DNA of 64,000 bases, taken from positions 19,646 through 83,645 of the forward strand of contig JBEKQV010000003.1 of assembly GCA_049519355.1 (NCBI GenBank), given 5' to 3'. This stretch comes from Candidatus Microgenomates bacterium (GTDB lineage: Bacteria > Patescibacteriota > Microgenomatia > UBA8517). This document shows positions 56,563 to 64,000 of this stretch, piece after piece. The translations under genes were made by a program, and so were the position numbers. The notes under the pieces are model-generated. The model had not been told where the DNA came from. It ran no database searches and saw nothing but the letters and a program-made list of their open reading frames with translations. How positions within the stretch are numbered: the stretch's first letter is position 1; each line of letters opens with the position of its first letter.

Positions 56563-57255
56563 ATGGAACCTCAAACTGCATACTTGGAAATAAGAGGTGC
56601 GACAGGTGGCGATGAAGCCAAACTTTGGGGACAGGATCTTCTCCGCATGTACATCCGCTTTGTTCAGAAAAAAGGCTGGAAAGTGCTCCAAGTGGCCGAT
56701 TCGGTAATAAAAATAACGGGCCCCGGAGTCTTTGACAGTCTTAAAAATGAATCGGGAGTTCATAGAGTCCAGCGCGTGCCGGTAACTGAAAAACGCGGTA
56801 GAATCCACACCTCCACAGCCACGGTTGTTGTTCTTCCCGAAATTAAGGAAAACGAAATCCAAATTAGTCCAAATGACCTTGAGTGGAGTTTCACCAGAGC
56901 TGGAGGTCATGGAGGTCAAAATGTAAACAAAGTTTCGACTGCAGTCAGACTAATTCATAAACCAACCGGTACCGTTGTAGAAGCCCGCGAGGAACGTTTC
57001 CAGGAGCAAAACCGCCAGATAGCCCTTTCGCTACTTAGATCCAAGCTTTGGGAAAAACAGGAAGAGGAAAAAATGCAGACAGTTGCAGGCTACAGAAGCG
57101 TAATCGGGCACGGAATGAGAGCCGAAAAGATACGCACTTACAACTTCCCGCAGGACAGGGTTACCGACCACCGGATAGGCAAAAGCTGGGGCAAGCTGGA
57201 AACAATAATGGATGGGAATTTAGACCGTGTTATAGAGCTTACCAAGAACATTTAA
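56563..57255 (+). CDS. prfA: Class-I peptide chain release factor, RF1-type (PVT motif), lacking N-terminal domain 1
   Basis: GGQ motif [12 protein letters not shown] and codon-recognition tripeptide PVT (RF1 PxT type). The protein begins at the equivalent of E. coli RF1 residue ~105 ([12 protein letters not shown]). There is no room upstream for domain 1, since rpmE ends at 56552. Confidence 0.75.
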   Translation: MEPQTAYLEIRGATGGDEAKLWGQDLLRMYIRFVQKKGWKVLQVADSVIKITGPGVFDSLKNESGVHRVQRVPVTEKRGRIHTSTATVVVLPEIKENEIQISPNDLEWSFTRAGGHGGQNVNKVSTAVRLIHKPTGTVVEAREERFQEQNRQIALSLLRSKLWEKQEEEKMQTVAGYRSVIGHGMRAEKIRTYNFPQDRVTDHRIGKSWGKLETIMDGNLDRVIELTKNI

Positions 57256-57363
57256 CCCTCAAAGAATTGACTTTTGACTCCAAATTTGTTACTATAGGGC
57301 AGATTCAAATTGCTGGAATCACAACTTTTTATTCTGTTCACACTAACCTAAGGAGGCGGTGTA

Positions 57364-57795
57364 ATGAGAAGGCTGATCGGTTTGCTCGTTATCACGGTAC
57401 TTGGTTTATTTTCAACGGGGTGTGCTACGGTGAAGCAGGACATAAAAACAGACGAGGCGCTCAACCATGTCATTATTACCATGGATCCTTGCCCCGCCGG
57501 CTCGGGCCTGAAAGGCATCTGCATTCACAGACACACAGCGGAAAGTCTGGTCCTGAACTCTGGAGATTTAATCGGACTTACTGCTACGGGTTTCCCCTAC
57601 GCAGTCATTTCCGGACCATCAGGATCGGATTTCGGTTTCTTGAGAGACCAAGGCAATACGGCCGTAGTTTCGTCTGACGGTAAGCTCGTTCTTACTCACA
57701 AAGATGGAATTGAGTCCGTCAGCTTCTGGGTTACCAAATGCCCGGAAGATTGTCCGATCATCGTGGACATAGACAACTACGGTCCATCGAAGTGA
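57364..57795 (+). CDS. Putative lipoprotein (143 aa)
   Basis: Strong SD AAGGAGG 7 nt upstream of the ATG. Signal peptide with lipobox-like LFSTGC. The overlapping out-of-frame ORF 57048..57677 is rejected. Confidence 0.5.
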   Translation: MRRLIGLLVITVLGLFSTGCATVKQDIKTDEALNHVIITMDPCPAGSGLKGICIHRHTAESLVLNSGDLIGLTATGFPYAVISGPSGSDFGFLRDQGNTAVVSSDGKLVLTHKDGIESVSFWVTKCPEDCPIIVDIDNYGPSK

Positions 57796-57801
57796 GAAAC
57801 A

Positions 57802-57858
57802 GGGCGTACCTGGCATGCAATTATTTTTTATTTTTGCAATTATCCGCCAGGTACGCCC
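57802..57858. terminator. Bidirectional terminator-like perfect 13-bp inverted repeat between convergent genes
   Basis: gggcgtacctggc (57802..57814) and gccaggtacgccc (57846..57858), separated by a 31-nt AT-rich spacer. It sits between the lipoprotein gene (+) and htrA (-). Confidence 0.4.
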
Positions 57859-57885
57859 AGCTCCACCCACTTTTTGCTTCAAAAT

Positions 57886-59034
57886 TTATTGAGGAGATTC
57901 CGAAAGAGTAACTTTAATAGTAACAGTTTGACCGTTTCTCCAAACCGTAAGCGTTAGAGTATCTCCGGGTTTTTTTGCCGAAATTATTGTCCCTAAGCCA
58001 CCCGAGGAATCATTAATCGAATTTCCGTCAACTTTGTAAATAACGTCCCCTACTTCTATCCCCGCCTTTTCCGCCGGAGACCCCGAAACTACACTAACCA
58101 CATCCGCTCCCTGCGGAACCGAATTCAAAAGTGCAATTTGTTGAGTCAGCATTTGATACTCAACTCCCAAGTAGGCTTTAACAGGAAACTTCCCTGTTGC
58201 AGCGTAAGAGGCCACATCGGACTTAACAGTATTAATCGGAATGGAAAAGCCGATATTTTGTGCGCCTTGGGCAACAGCAACATTAATTCCTATAACCTGG
58301 CCTGCGGAATTAAGAAGAGGGCCACCAGAATTACCCGGGTTAATCGCGGCATCAGTCTGGATTACATTATCAAGCTGCTCAACATAACCTTGAAACTCAT
58401 CCCCTGCCGAAATTCCCCTCCCGAGTCCCGAAATAACCCCAGTTGTAACCGTATTTCTAAACTGCCCCAAAGCTGTACCTATGGCAATTACATATTGCCC
58501 TACTTGTAAATTCGACGAGTCGCCAAGCTGAACCGGTGTAAGCCCTGTAGCGTCAATCTTTATAACGGCAATGTCATTATTCGGATCCCTGCTAATTTGT
58601 TTTGCATCGTAAGTTTTTCCATCCGAAGTTGAGACTTTATATGTAAGAGTCGTATCGGCCACTACATGTTTATTGGTCACAATAAGTCCGTCGGAAGAAA
58701 CCACAAATCCGCTTCCGATATCAGACACGGTTCCACCCTGGGTCCCCTGAGTAAAACCGCCAAAAGGAGAAAATTGAATCACCTGTTGAGCAGGCGTCTG
58801 GGCCGAAACGGTAACCACAGAAGGACCGACATTTTTTACAACATCTATTACGTCACTTTGTTCATTGACAACCTTCTCCTGAAGAATTGTATTTGCTCTC
58901 GGGAAGAACTTATCAAGAGGTGCAAAACCATAAAGCCGATCAAGAGTCGCGCCGGAAAGTAAAACCGCAACAAGAAAAACCAAAACTGCAACTGCTATAG
59001 CCAACTTTTTCAAATTGACCTTTGCCTTCTTCAT
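57886..59034 (-). CDS. htrA: HtrA/DegP-family trypsin-like serine protease with C-terminal PDZ domain
   Basis: N-terminal TM anchor. Catalytic His (LIVTNKHVV), Asp and Ser (GNSGGPLLN). C-terminal PDZ (GAEKAGIEVGDVI). Confidence 0.85.
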   Translation of the reverse strand: MKKAKVNLKKLAIAVAVLVFLVAVLLSGATLDRLYGFAPLDKFFPRANTILQEKVVNEQSDVIDVVKNVGPSVVTVSAQTPAQQVIQFSPFGGFTQGTQGGTVSDIGSGFVVSSDGLIVTNKHVVADTTLTYKVSTSDGKTYDAKQISRDPNNDIAVIKIDATGLTPVQLGDSSNLQVGQYVIAIGTALGQFRNTVTTGVISGLGRGISAGDEFQGYVEQLDNVIQTDAAINPGNSGGPLLNSAGQVIGINVAVAQGAQNIGFSIPINTVKSDVASYAATGKFPVKAYLGVEYQMLTQQIALLNSVPQGADVVSVVSGSPAEKAGIEVGDVIYKVDGNSINDSSGGLGTIISAKKPGDTLTLTVWRNGQTVTIKVTLSESPQ

Positions 59035-59069
59035 ATTAATATATTTACTTCAGCTCTCTGAAAATTTAC

Positions 59070-60305
59070 TTAAAATGTATTTATTGCTCCCTGGAGCTGG
59101 GTATCGGTTGTATCCGTGTCCTTTGGAACAATTGTAACGTCGGGTGTCAAACCTACTCCGTGTACCCAAGTTCCGTCAGGTGTCAGCCACTTGGCGGTAG
59201 TAACATGCAGGCCGCTTCCTCCTGTAATATCAATCGGTTCCTGAATTGTACCCTTACCAAAACTTTTTTGGCCGATTAGTTTTATTCCCCTGTCATCACG
59301 GAGTGCTCCCGATAAAATTTCTGAAGCCGAAGCGCTTCCGCCATTTATCAGAACTACAACTTTATAATTCAAAAGTCTGGGAGCTCTATCTGAATTATAA
59401 TCCTGCTTACTTCCGTCACCGTTTTGCTGAATAACAACTGTCGCACCCGAAGAAACAAAGTCGGAGGCAATATCAACCGCCGATTGTAAATATCCACCGG
59501 GGTTATTTCTAAGGTCAACGATAATTCCTTGGACGTTTTGTTTGGCCAGAATTTGTGTTACCGCTTTATTCCACTCATCACTGGAAGTCGAATCAAAAGT
59601 AGAAATTCTAACATCAGCAATATTTGAATTCTTGCCCACCCATGAAAGTGTGACGGACGGGACAATAAGTTTGGCCCGCGTTAAAGAAACCACAATCGGA
59701 TTAGGGTCGCCATCGCGCATGATGGTTAAAGTCACAACAGTCCCCGCCGTTCCGCGGATATCATCAACTGCCGTCGAAAGATCCATGGTTTGAGAATCAA
59801 CGTTAATTCCTTTTTGGGTATCTGTAATGTGAACAATATAATCTCCTGGTTTAATTCCCGCTTTTTCGGCAGGAGAATCAGGCAGAGGTGCAATAACGGC
59901 AAGACGGGTATCCTTATAGCCAATTTCAATTCCCACCCCTTCAAAAGAGCCGCTTAGGTCGTCATTAACAATTTTATTTTGATCCGGCGGCAAATACATT
60001 GTGTATGGGTCCCCTACGGCAGCAACCATTCCCTGGATAGCACCATAAATCATCTTGGAAGGAACAAGTTTAGATTTGTCGTAATACTTGGCACTTAACG
60101 TGTCCCAAACCTGCCAAAAAAGCGAGAAGTCTACTTTTTGATCTTCCGGAGGAACCTGACGGGAAAAACTTATTTGAAGACTTTTGGTTACCCCCGCTTT
60201 ATAACCCTGAACTCCTAGAAAGTATCCGCCTGTAAAAATTGCGGCTACGACGATCACTCCTAAAATCAAATTCCGCACTTTGCCAAAACTCAATTTAATA
60301 CGCAT
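59070..60305 (-). CDS. ctp: C-terminal processing peptidase (S41 family) with PDZ domain
   Basis: PDZ PAEKAGIKPGDYI. S41 catalytic region GIIVDLRNNPGGYL and GGSASASEILSGALRD...KSFGKGTIQ. The ATG at 60305 is used; the ORF-track start is TTG. Confidence 0.85.
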   Translation of the reverse strand: MRIKLSFGKVRNLILGVIVVAAIFTGGYFLGVQGYKAGVTKSLQISFSRQVPPEDQKVDFSLFWQVWDTLSAKYYDKSKLVPSKMIYGAIQGMVAAVGDPYTMYLPPDQNKIVNDDLSGSFEGVGIEIGYKDTRLAVIAPLPDSPAEKAGIKPGDYIVHITDTQKGINVDSQTMDLSTAVDDIRGTAGTVVTLTIMRDGDPNPIVVSLTRAKLIVPSVTLSWVGKNSNIADVRISTFDSTSSDEWNKAVTQILAKQNVQGIIVDLRNNPGGYLQSAVDIASDFVSSGATVVIQQNGDGSKQDYNSDRAPRLLNYKVVVLINGGSASASEILSGALRDDRGIKLIGQKSFGKGTIQEPIDITGGSGLHVTTAKWLTPDGTWVHGVGLTPDVTIVPKDTDTTDTQLQGAINTF

Positions 60306-60344
60306 ATGAAAGATGATACTCAGTGAAAACGGTATACTCAAGCG

Positions 60345-60605
60345 TTAATTTAACGACGGGATGTAAGGAAGAAGGCCAAGGTGCCTTGCACGCTTTATCG
60401 CTTGAGACAACCTTCTTTGGTGTTTGGAACAAATTCCGGTTCTATCCTTACCCAAAACTTTGGCTCTGTCGCTCATATATCTTGACAGTGTCTCAACATC
60501 TTTATAATCCGGCTCGGTTCCGTTTTTATCAAACGGACAATTTACCGGTACCGGCTGTTCCTTAACCACCCTTCGTCTTTTTTTATTGTCTTTTTTCTTT
60601 GCCAT
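60345..60605 (-). CDS. rpsR: 30S ribosomal protein S18
   Basis: Conserved C-terminal ICSKHQRRLSQAIKRARHLGLLPY. Confidence 0.9.
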   Translation of the reverse strand: MAKKKDNKKRRRVVKEQPVPVNCPFDKNGTEPDYKDVETLSRYMSDRAKVLGKDRTGICSKHQRRLSQAIKRARHLGLLPYIPSLN

Positions 60606-60608
60606 TTT

Positions 60609-61112
60609 TTAAAAGGGTATATCTTCCTCACTTGGCTCTTCCGCTTTTTCCTCTTTTTCCTCTTCTTTTTTCTCTTCAGTCTTCTTTACCTTCTTTGCCG
60701 GTTTTTCGGCAACTTCCTCCGGCGAAACTTGCGGCTCGGTTCCAACTTCAGGAATTTCAATTCCCCCTTCGGATTGATCTTTCTTATCAAGAATCACCAT
60801 ATCGTTTATTACAACTTCAGTACGCTGTTTTTGGGTTCCGTCCTGCCCTTGCCAGCTTCGGGTCTGAAGTCTGCCTTCCACATAAACTTTTCTGCCTTTC
60901 TTCAAAAGTTGGGCACAAATCTCAGCAAGTTTATTCCAGGCAACAACGTTATGAAACTCCACATCTTCCTTTTTCTCACCGCTTTCGGTGGTCCAACTTC
61001 TATTTGTGGCGACACCAAAAGTACAGACTGCCGTTCCTTGTGGTGTGTAGCGCATCTCAGGATCTCTTGTGAGATTCCCTATAAGCATTACTTTGTTTAA
61101 ACTCCGTGCCAT
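60609..61112 (-). CDS. ssb: Single-stranded DNA-binding protein
   Basis: OB-fold N-terminus LNKVMLIGNLTRDPEMRYTPQG, acidic tail ending DIPF. Confidence 0.9.
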   Translation of the reverse strand: MARSLNKVMLIGNLTRDPEMRYTPQGTAVCTFGVATNRSWTTESGEKKEDVEFHNVVAWNKLAEICAQLLKKGRKVYVEGRLQTRSWQGQDGTQKQRTEVVINDMVILDKKDQSEGGIEIPEVGTEPQVSPEEVAEKPAKKVKKTEEKKEEEKEEKAEEPSEEDIPF

Positions 61113-61399
61113 TATTTGTCTTTTCTAATTAAAAGAAATCTTATCAAATCAGGATCGGTTCTGAGCTTATCATTCAAGGCCTTTACTCCGGCCGGGTCGA
61201 GTTCAATCTCAAAATAAAGGTAAAGCCCTGTGTCACTTTTGCCGATTTTATAAGCCAATTCCTTTACTCCCCACTCTTTAGTCTCTGTAACTACTCCCTT
61301 GAAAAGTTTCAAAACTTTGTCCAAATTTTCGGTCACTTTTTTCTTCTTGGCGGCTCCGGCTTTGCCATCCAGAACCAAGGTCAATTCGTATTTATTCAT
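61112..61399 (-). CDS. rpsF: 30S ribosomal protein S6
   Basis: MNKYELTLVLD... is a typical S6 N-terminus. The internal ATG at 61399 is used; the upstream extension is rejected. Part of the conserved rpsF-ssb-rpsR operon. Confidence 0.85.
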   Translation of the reverse strand: MNKYELTLVLDGKAGAAKKKKVTENLDKVLKLFKGVVTETKEWGVKELAYKIGKSDTGLYLYFEIELDPAGVKALNDKLRTDPDLIRFLLIRKDK

Positions 61400-61415
61400 A
61401 TCAGGGGAAATTATA

Positions 61416-62519
61416 TCAGCTTCCAATCTTGAACTCAACCACATCCCCGTCTCTCATTATGTAGTCACGGCCCTCAGACCTAACTTTGCCGAGCTCGCGG
61501 CAGGCTTTCCAACCGCCTGCCATAATGAACTCCTCAAAGTCAACAACGTCAGCCATAATAAAATTTTTGATAAAGTCGGTATGGATTACTCCGGCGGCTT
61601 CCTGGGCATTAATTCCCTTTTTGATAGTCCAAGCCCTGACTTCCTTCTCCCCTGCCGTAAGGAATGTAATCAGTCCCAGGGTCGCAAAAGCTTTTTGGAT
61701 TAATCTTTCTAAACCCGATTTTTTAATTCCCAGATCCTGCATATAAACTTTTTGGTCCTCTTCCGACAGTTCAGAAAGCTCGGACTCGGTTTTGGCACAA
61801 ATGGCCACAATTTGGTTTTTTTCGACCTTAAACTCTTCCGCATATTTGCTTTCCAGAAAGTCAGCGTCCTTAAGGGTACTTTCATCAACATTCAAAACGA
61901 CCAGAATCGGTTTACTGGTGAGAAGACTCAAACTTTTTGCAATTTTCTCTTCCTCCTCCGTTAATCCCGCCTCCCTGGCAGGAATCCCTTTTTGCAAAGC
62001 GTCTTTTAGTTTAATCACCACAGCCCACCATTTAATTAAATCCTTATCGGGAGTATTACCCGGATCTTTTTGCTTTTCCAAAGTTTGGAAATCGGCAAGA
62101 GCCAGTTCAGTTTCTACAACTTCAAAATCGGTTTTTGGATCCGTTACTCCTTGCTTAACAATATCGGGGTCGGTAAAAGCTCTGACAACATGACAAACCG
62201 CAGAAGTTTCGCGTATGTGAGAGAGGAATTTATTTCCGAGACCCTCGCCTTTGCTCGCCCCGGCAATTAGACCCGCAATATCTACAAACTCAACCGTTGC
62301 GGGAACTTCGGGTGGAAGACTTGTCATATTTTCGGCTTTTTTTGTCACCTCAGCAAGTTTTTTTAACCTTTCGTCAGGTACCGGCACAACTCCGATATTC
62401 GGCTCAATTGTGGCAAAGGGAAAGTTTGCCACATACGCCTGCTGCTTTTTCAGAAGTGCATTAAAAAGCGTTGACTTGCCTACGTTTGGTAAACCCACGA
62501 TTCCGACAGATAAACCCAT
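61416..62519 (-). CDS. ychF: Ribosome-binding ATPase YchF (Obg-family GTPase)
   Basis: G1 GIVGLPNVGKSTLFNAL, the YchF-specific region and a TGS domain at the C-terminus. Confidence 0.9.
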   Translation of the reverse strand: MGLSVGIVGLPNVGKSTLFNALLKKQQAYVANFPFATIEPNIGVVPVPDERLKKLAEVTKKAENMTSLPPEVPATVEFVDIAGLIAGASKGEGLGNKFLSHIRETSAVCHVVRAFTDPDIVKQGVTDPKTDFEVVETELALADFQTLEKQKDPGNTPDKDLIKWWAVVIKLKDALQKGIPAREAGLTEEEEKIAKSLSLLTSKPILVVLNVDESTLKDADFLESKYAEEFKVEKNQIVAICAKTESELSELSEEDQKVYMQDLGIKKSGLERLIQKAFATLGLITFLTAGEKEVRAWTIKKGINAQEAAGVIHTDFIKNFIMADVVDFEEFIMAGGWKACRELGKVRSEGRDYIMRDGDVVEFKIGS

Positions 62520-62588
62520 GAAGCTATTTTAACATTTTGCTTTCAATAAAACATTGAACTGGTGTGGATGTATAATCGGAATAAATAA

Positions 62589-63242
62589 ATGAACAAAATT
62601 AAACTGGCTACCTTATCTTCGTTGCAAAACTTATCACCAACATTTGCAACACTTTTACAACAGTTACAAATAATAAACCCTCAGTGGGTTTTGCTAGTAA
62701 GCTTCGGTGCGGGATTACTGGGAGTTTTCAGGGATCTGGCTGATGAGCGGGGTGTGGAATTGCTTGAATTCATAAAGCAATATAAAAGTGAGTTCTCGAA
62801 ATCTGTAATTTCAACGCCAGAATTTAAAGATGCTTTTGTCAACGTCTGGGAAATGCAAATACGGGAAAGTTCTAGCAGTAAAAGAAAAAGACTTCGGAAC
62901 TTTCTTTTAAATTTGGGGCGCGGTAAAACAATTGAATCTGACTTGCACACCAAAATATATACTATAGTTGAACAGATGACCGATGATGAAGCGAAAGTTT
63001 TTGGAATAATAATTCGAAACTCAAATCCAGAAAGTTTCAAGCAAATGAACTTAAATCCAACGGGCATAAATGAACTAAAAGGTTATCCTGAATACAATTT
63101 AATAGATATATGCAACTCTCTTAACGCATATCGGCTAATAACGATTCGGGACAATGCCACGATAGGATCTATGGTTTCAATTCAACAAATTACTCCTTTT
63201 GGGGAACTTTTTTATAATTTTGTTTGTAACGAAGGTTGCTAA
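62589..63242 (+). CDS. Hypothetical protein (217 aa)
   Basis: ATG start, one N-terminal hydrophobic segment, no recognisable motifs. Confidence 0.3.
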   Translation: MNKIKLATLSSLQNLSPTFATLLQQLQIINPQWVLLVSFGAGLLGVFRDLADERGVELLEFIKQYKSEFSKSVISTPEFKDAFVNVWEMQIRESSSSKRKRLRNFLLNLGRGKTIESDLHTKIYTIVEQMTDDEAKVFGIIIRNSNPESFKQMNLNPTGINELKGYPEYNLIDICNSLNAYRLITIRDNATIGSMVSIQQITPFGELFYNFVCNEGC

Positions 63243-63250
63243 AGTCAATA

Positions 63251-63706
63251 TTAATTTTGTTGAATTAATAATTGAGTTTTTTCAGCTTTCAATTGTTGAT
63301 CTTGATTTAGAAGGTTCTCTAGCATATTAGCAAGATCGGTCATACCAACCAGGCATGAGGTAGTTTTACAATTCTGGCCCTGTTGCATAGAACTTGATAT
63401 TTTTTGTTCCGCTTGAGAGTTTGTTACTAACTGCTGATCAATTTCATTAATCCTGTTTTGAATTGCTGGATTCGGTGTTGATGTTGCCTTATAAACTACC
63501 TTAATAGTAGGTTTTGGACTAGGTGTGGGGGTAACCTCAGGAGTTTGGGTAGGAGAAATAGCGGTTGGAGTTGGTGTTGGCTTAAATATACTTATACCGA
63601 AGACAAAGCCTTGATTGCTAATTAGGTTAGCAAAAAGCAACACAATAACTATTATCAGAAGTATTTGAGTCAGATGCTTCTTTACAAACTTCAACGTCTT
63701 TTTCAT
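63251..63706 (-). CDS. Hypothetical signal-anchored Pro/Thr-rich protein with C-terminal coiled-coil
   Basis: TM helix ILLIIVIVLLFANLI, PTPTPT linker, Q-rich helical C-terminus. Confidence 0.3.
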   Translation of the reverse strand: MKKTLKFVKKHLTQILLIIVIVLLFANLISNQGFVFGISIFKPTPTPTAISPTQTPEVTPTPSPKPTIKVVYKATSTPNPAIQNRINEIDQQLVTNSQAEQKISSSMQQGQNCKTTSCLVGMTDLANMLENLLNQDQQLKAEKTQLLIQQN

Positions 63707-64000
63707 CTCATTTTACATAGTTTACCACTATATCGCCTACTTAAATCATCTACGAAGACTGTTTACGGCAACTATACAGAAATAACATCTATTCATTTCT
63801 CATATTCTAGGATTCATAGCCGCTTTTTTAGCATATATAGTAGGAGTTTTTCTCTCAGAATAATCACATTTCTTCCTTGACATCTTTTCACGGATATCTT
63901 ATAAATAATTAAGGTTACGAATTTGTAACACTCGTTAATCTGATCTGTAGAGGGGGTGATTTAAATGAAAGATGAACAGATGATGGGAAAGCACCACGGA

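Noticed and set aside
57048-57677. 209-aa ORF overlapping the 3' end of the RF1-like gene and the lipoprotein gene
   Set aside because: Arg/Gly-rich low-complexity translation in an alternate frame of two well-supported genes, with no RBS.
61112-61444. ORF-track S6 start at 61444 (MWLSSRLEADIISPD...), overlapping ychF
   Set aside because: The S6 family N-terminus (MNKYELTLVL) begins at the internal ATG at 61399; the extension would overlap ychF and has no support.
1-64000. CRISPR arrays, rRNA or tRNA genes
   Set aside because: No regularly spaced direct repeats and no tRNA-like T-arm or acceptor patterns were recognised by eye. Absence is not proven without tRNAscan or CRISPR-finder runs.

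Overview
This is a 64-kb window of a low-GC bacterial chromosome. Gene content suggests a Patescibacteria/CPR-like organism, but that is an inference: sortase locus, rpsF-ssb-rpsR, many small secreted Thr/Pro- and Cys-rich proteins, very dense glycosyltransferase content, TGA used as stop. Positions ~2.9-31.4 kb form a ~28-kb cell-surface glycan biosynthesis and decoration locus. It holds a PglC-like initiating phosphoglycosyl transferase, a GT75 (plant RGP / UDP-arabinopyranose-mutase-like) protein and a Wzm/Wzt ABC exporter. It also has three stand-alone GT4 enzymes, a GT-C membrane transferase, two Wzy/O-antigen-ligase-like proteins and a DegT aminotransferase. Tailoring genes include TylF-like and Methyltransf_11-like methyltransferases, a NodU-family carbamoyltransferase preceded by two tiny overlapping membrane ORFs, and an SGNH hydrolase. 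There is also a 1340-aa GT4-beta-propeller-GH-A fusion. A sub-module (6.0-14.0 kb) pairs an MfnA-like PLP decarboxylase with a 2-hydroxyacid dehydrogenase, a HAD phosphatase and a QueC/WbuX-like PP-loop ATPase. This looks like a candidate amine/amide/amidino sugar-decoration pathway, and it is the best candidate for an undescribed system here. The rest of the window is housekeeping (ksgA, yebC, metK, gyrA, dnaB, rpmE, a domain-1-less RF1-like factor, htrA, ctp, rpsF-ssb-rpsR, ychF, a HisRS catalytic-domain-only paralog). These are interspersed with a Cys-rich TSP1/FN3-like surface protein, a sortase/substrate locus and an IS200/IS605 tnpA element abutting a surface-protein gene. There is also an ~800-bp non-coding region with TGTGGAYA repeats and a dif-like palindrome next to two unknown genes and a XerC/D-type recombinase. 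No rRNA, tRNA or CRISPR arrays were recognised. Many ORF-track starts are TTG/GTG; where an in-frame ATG with better context exists I moved the start.
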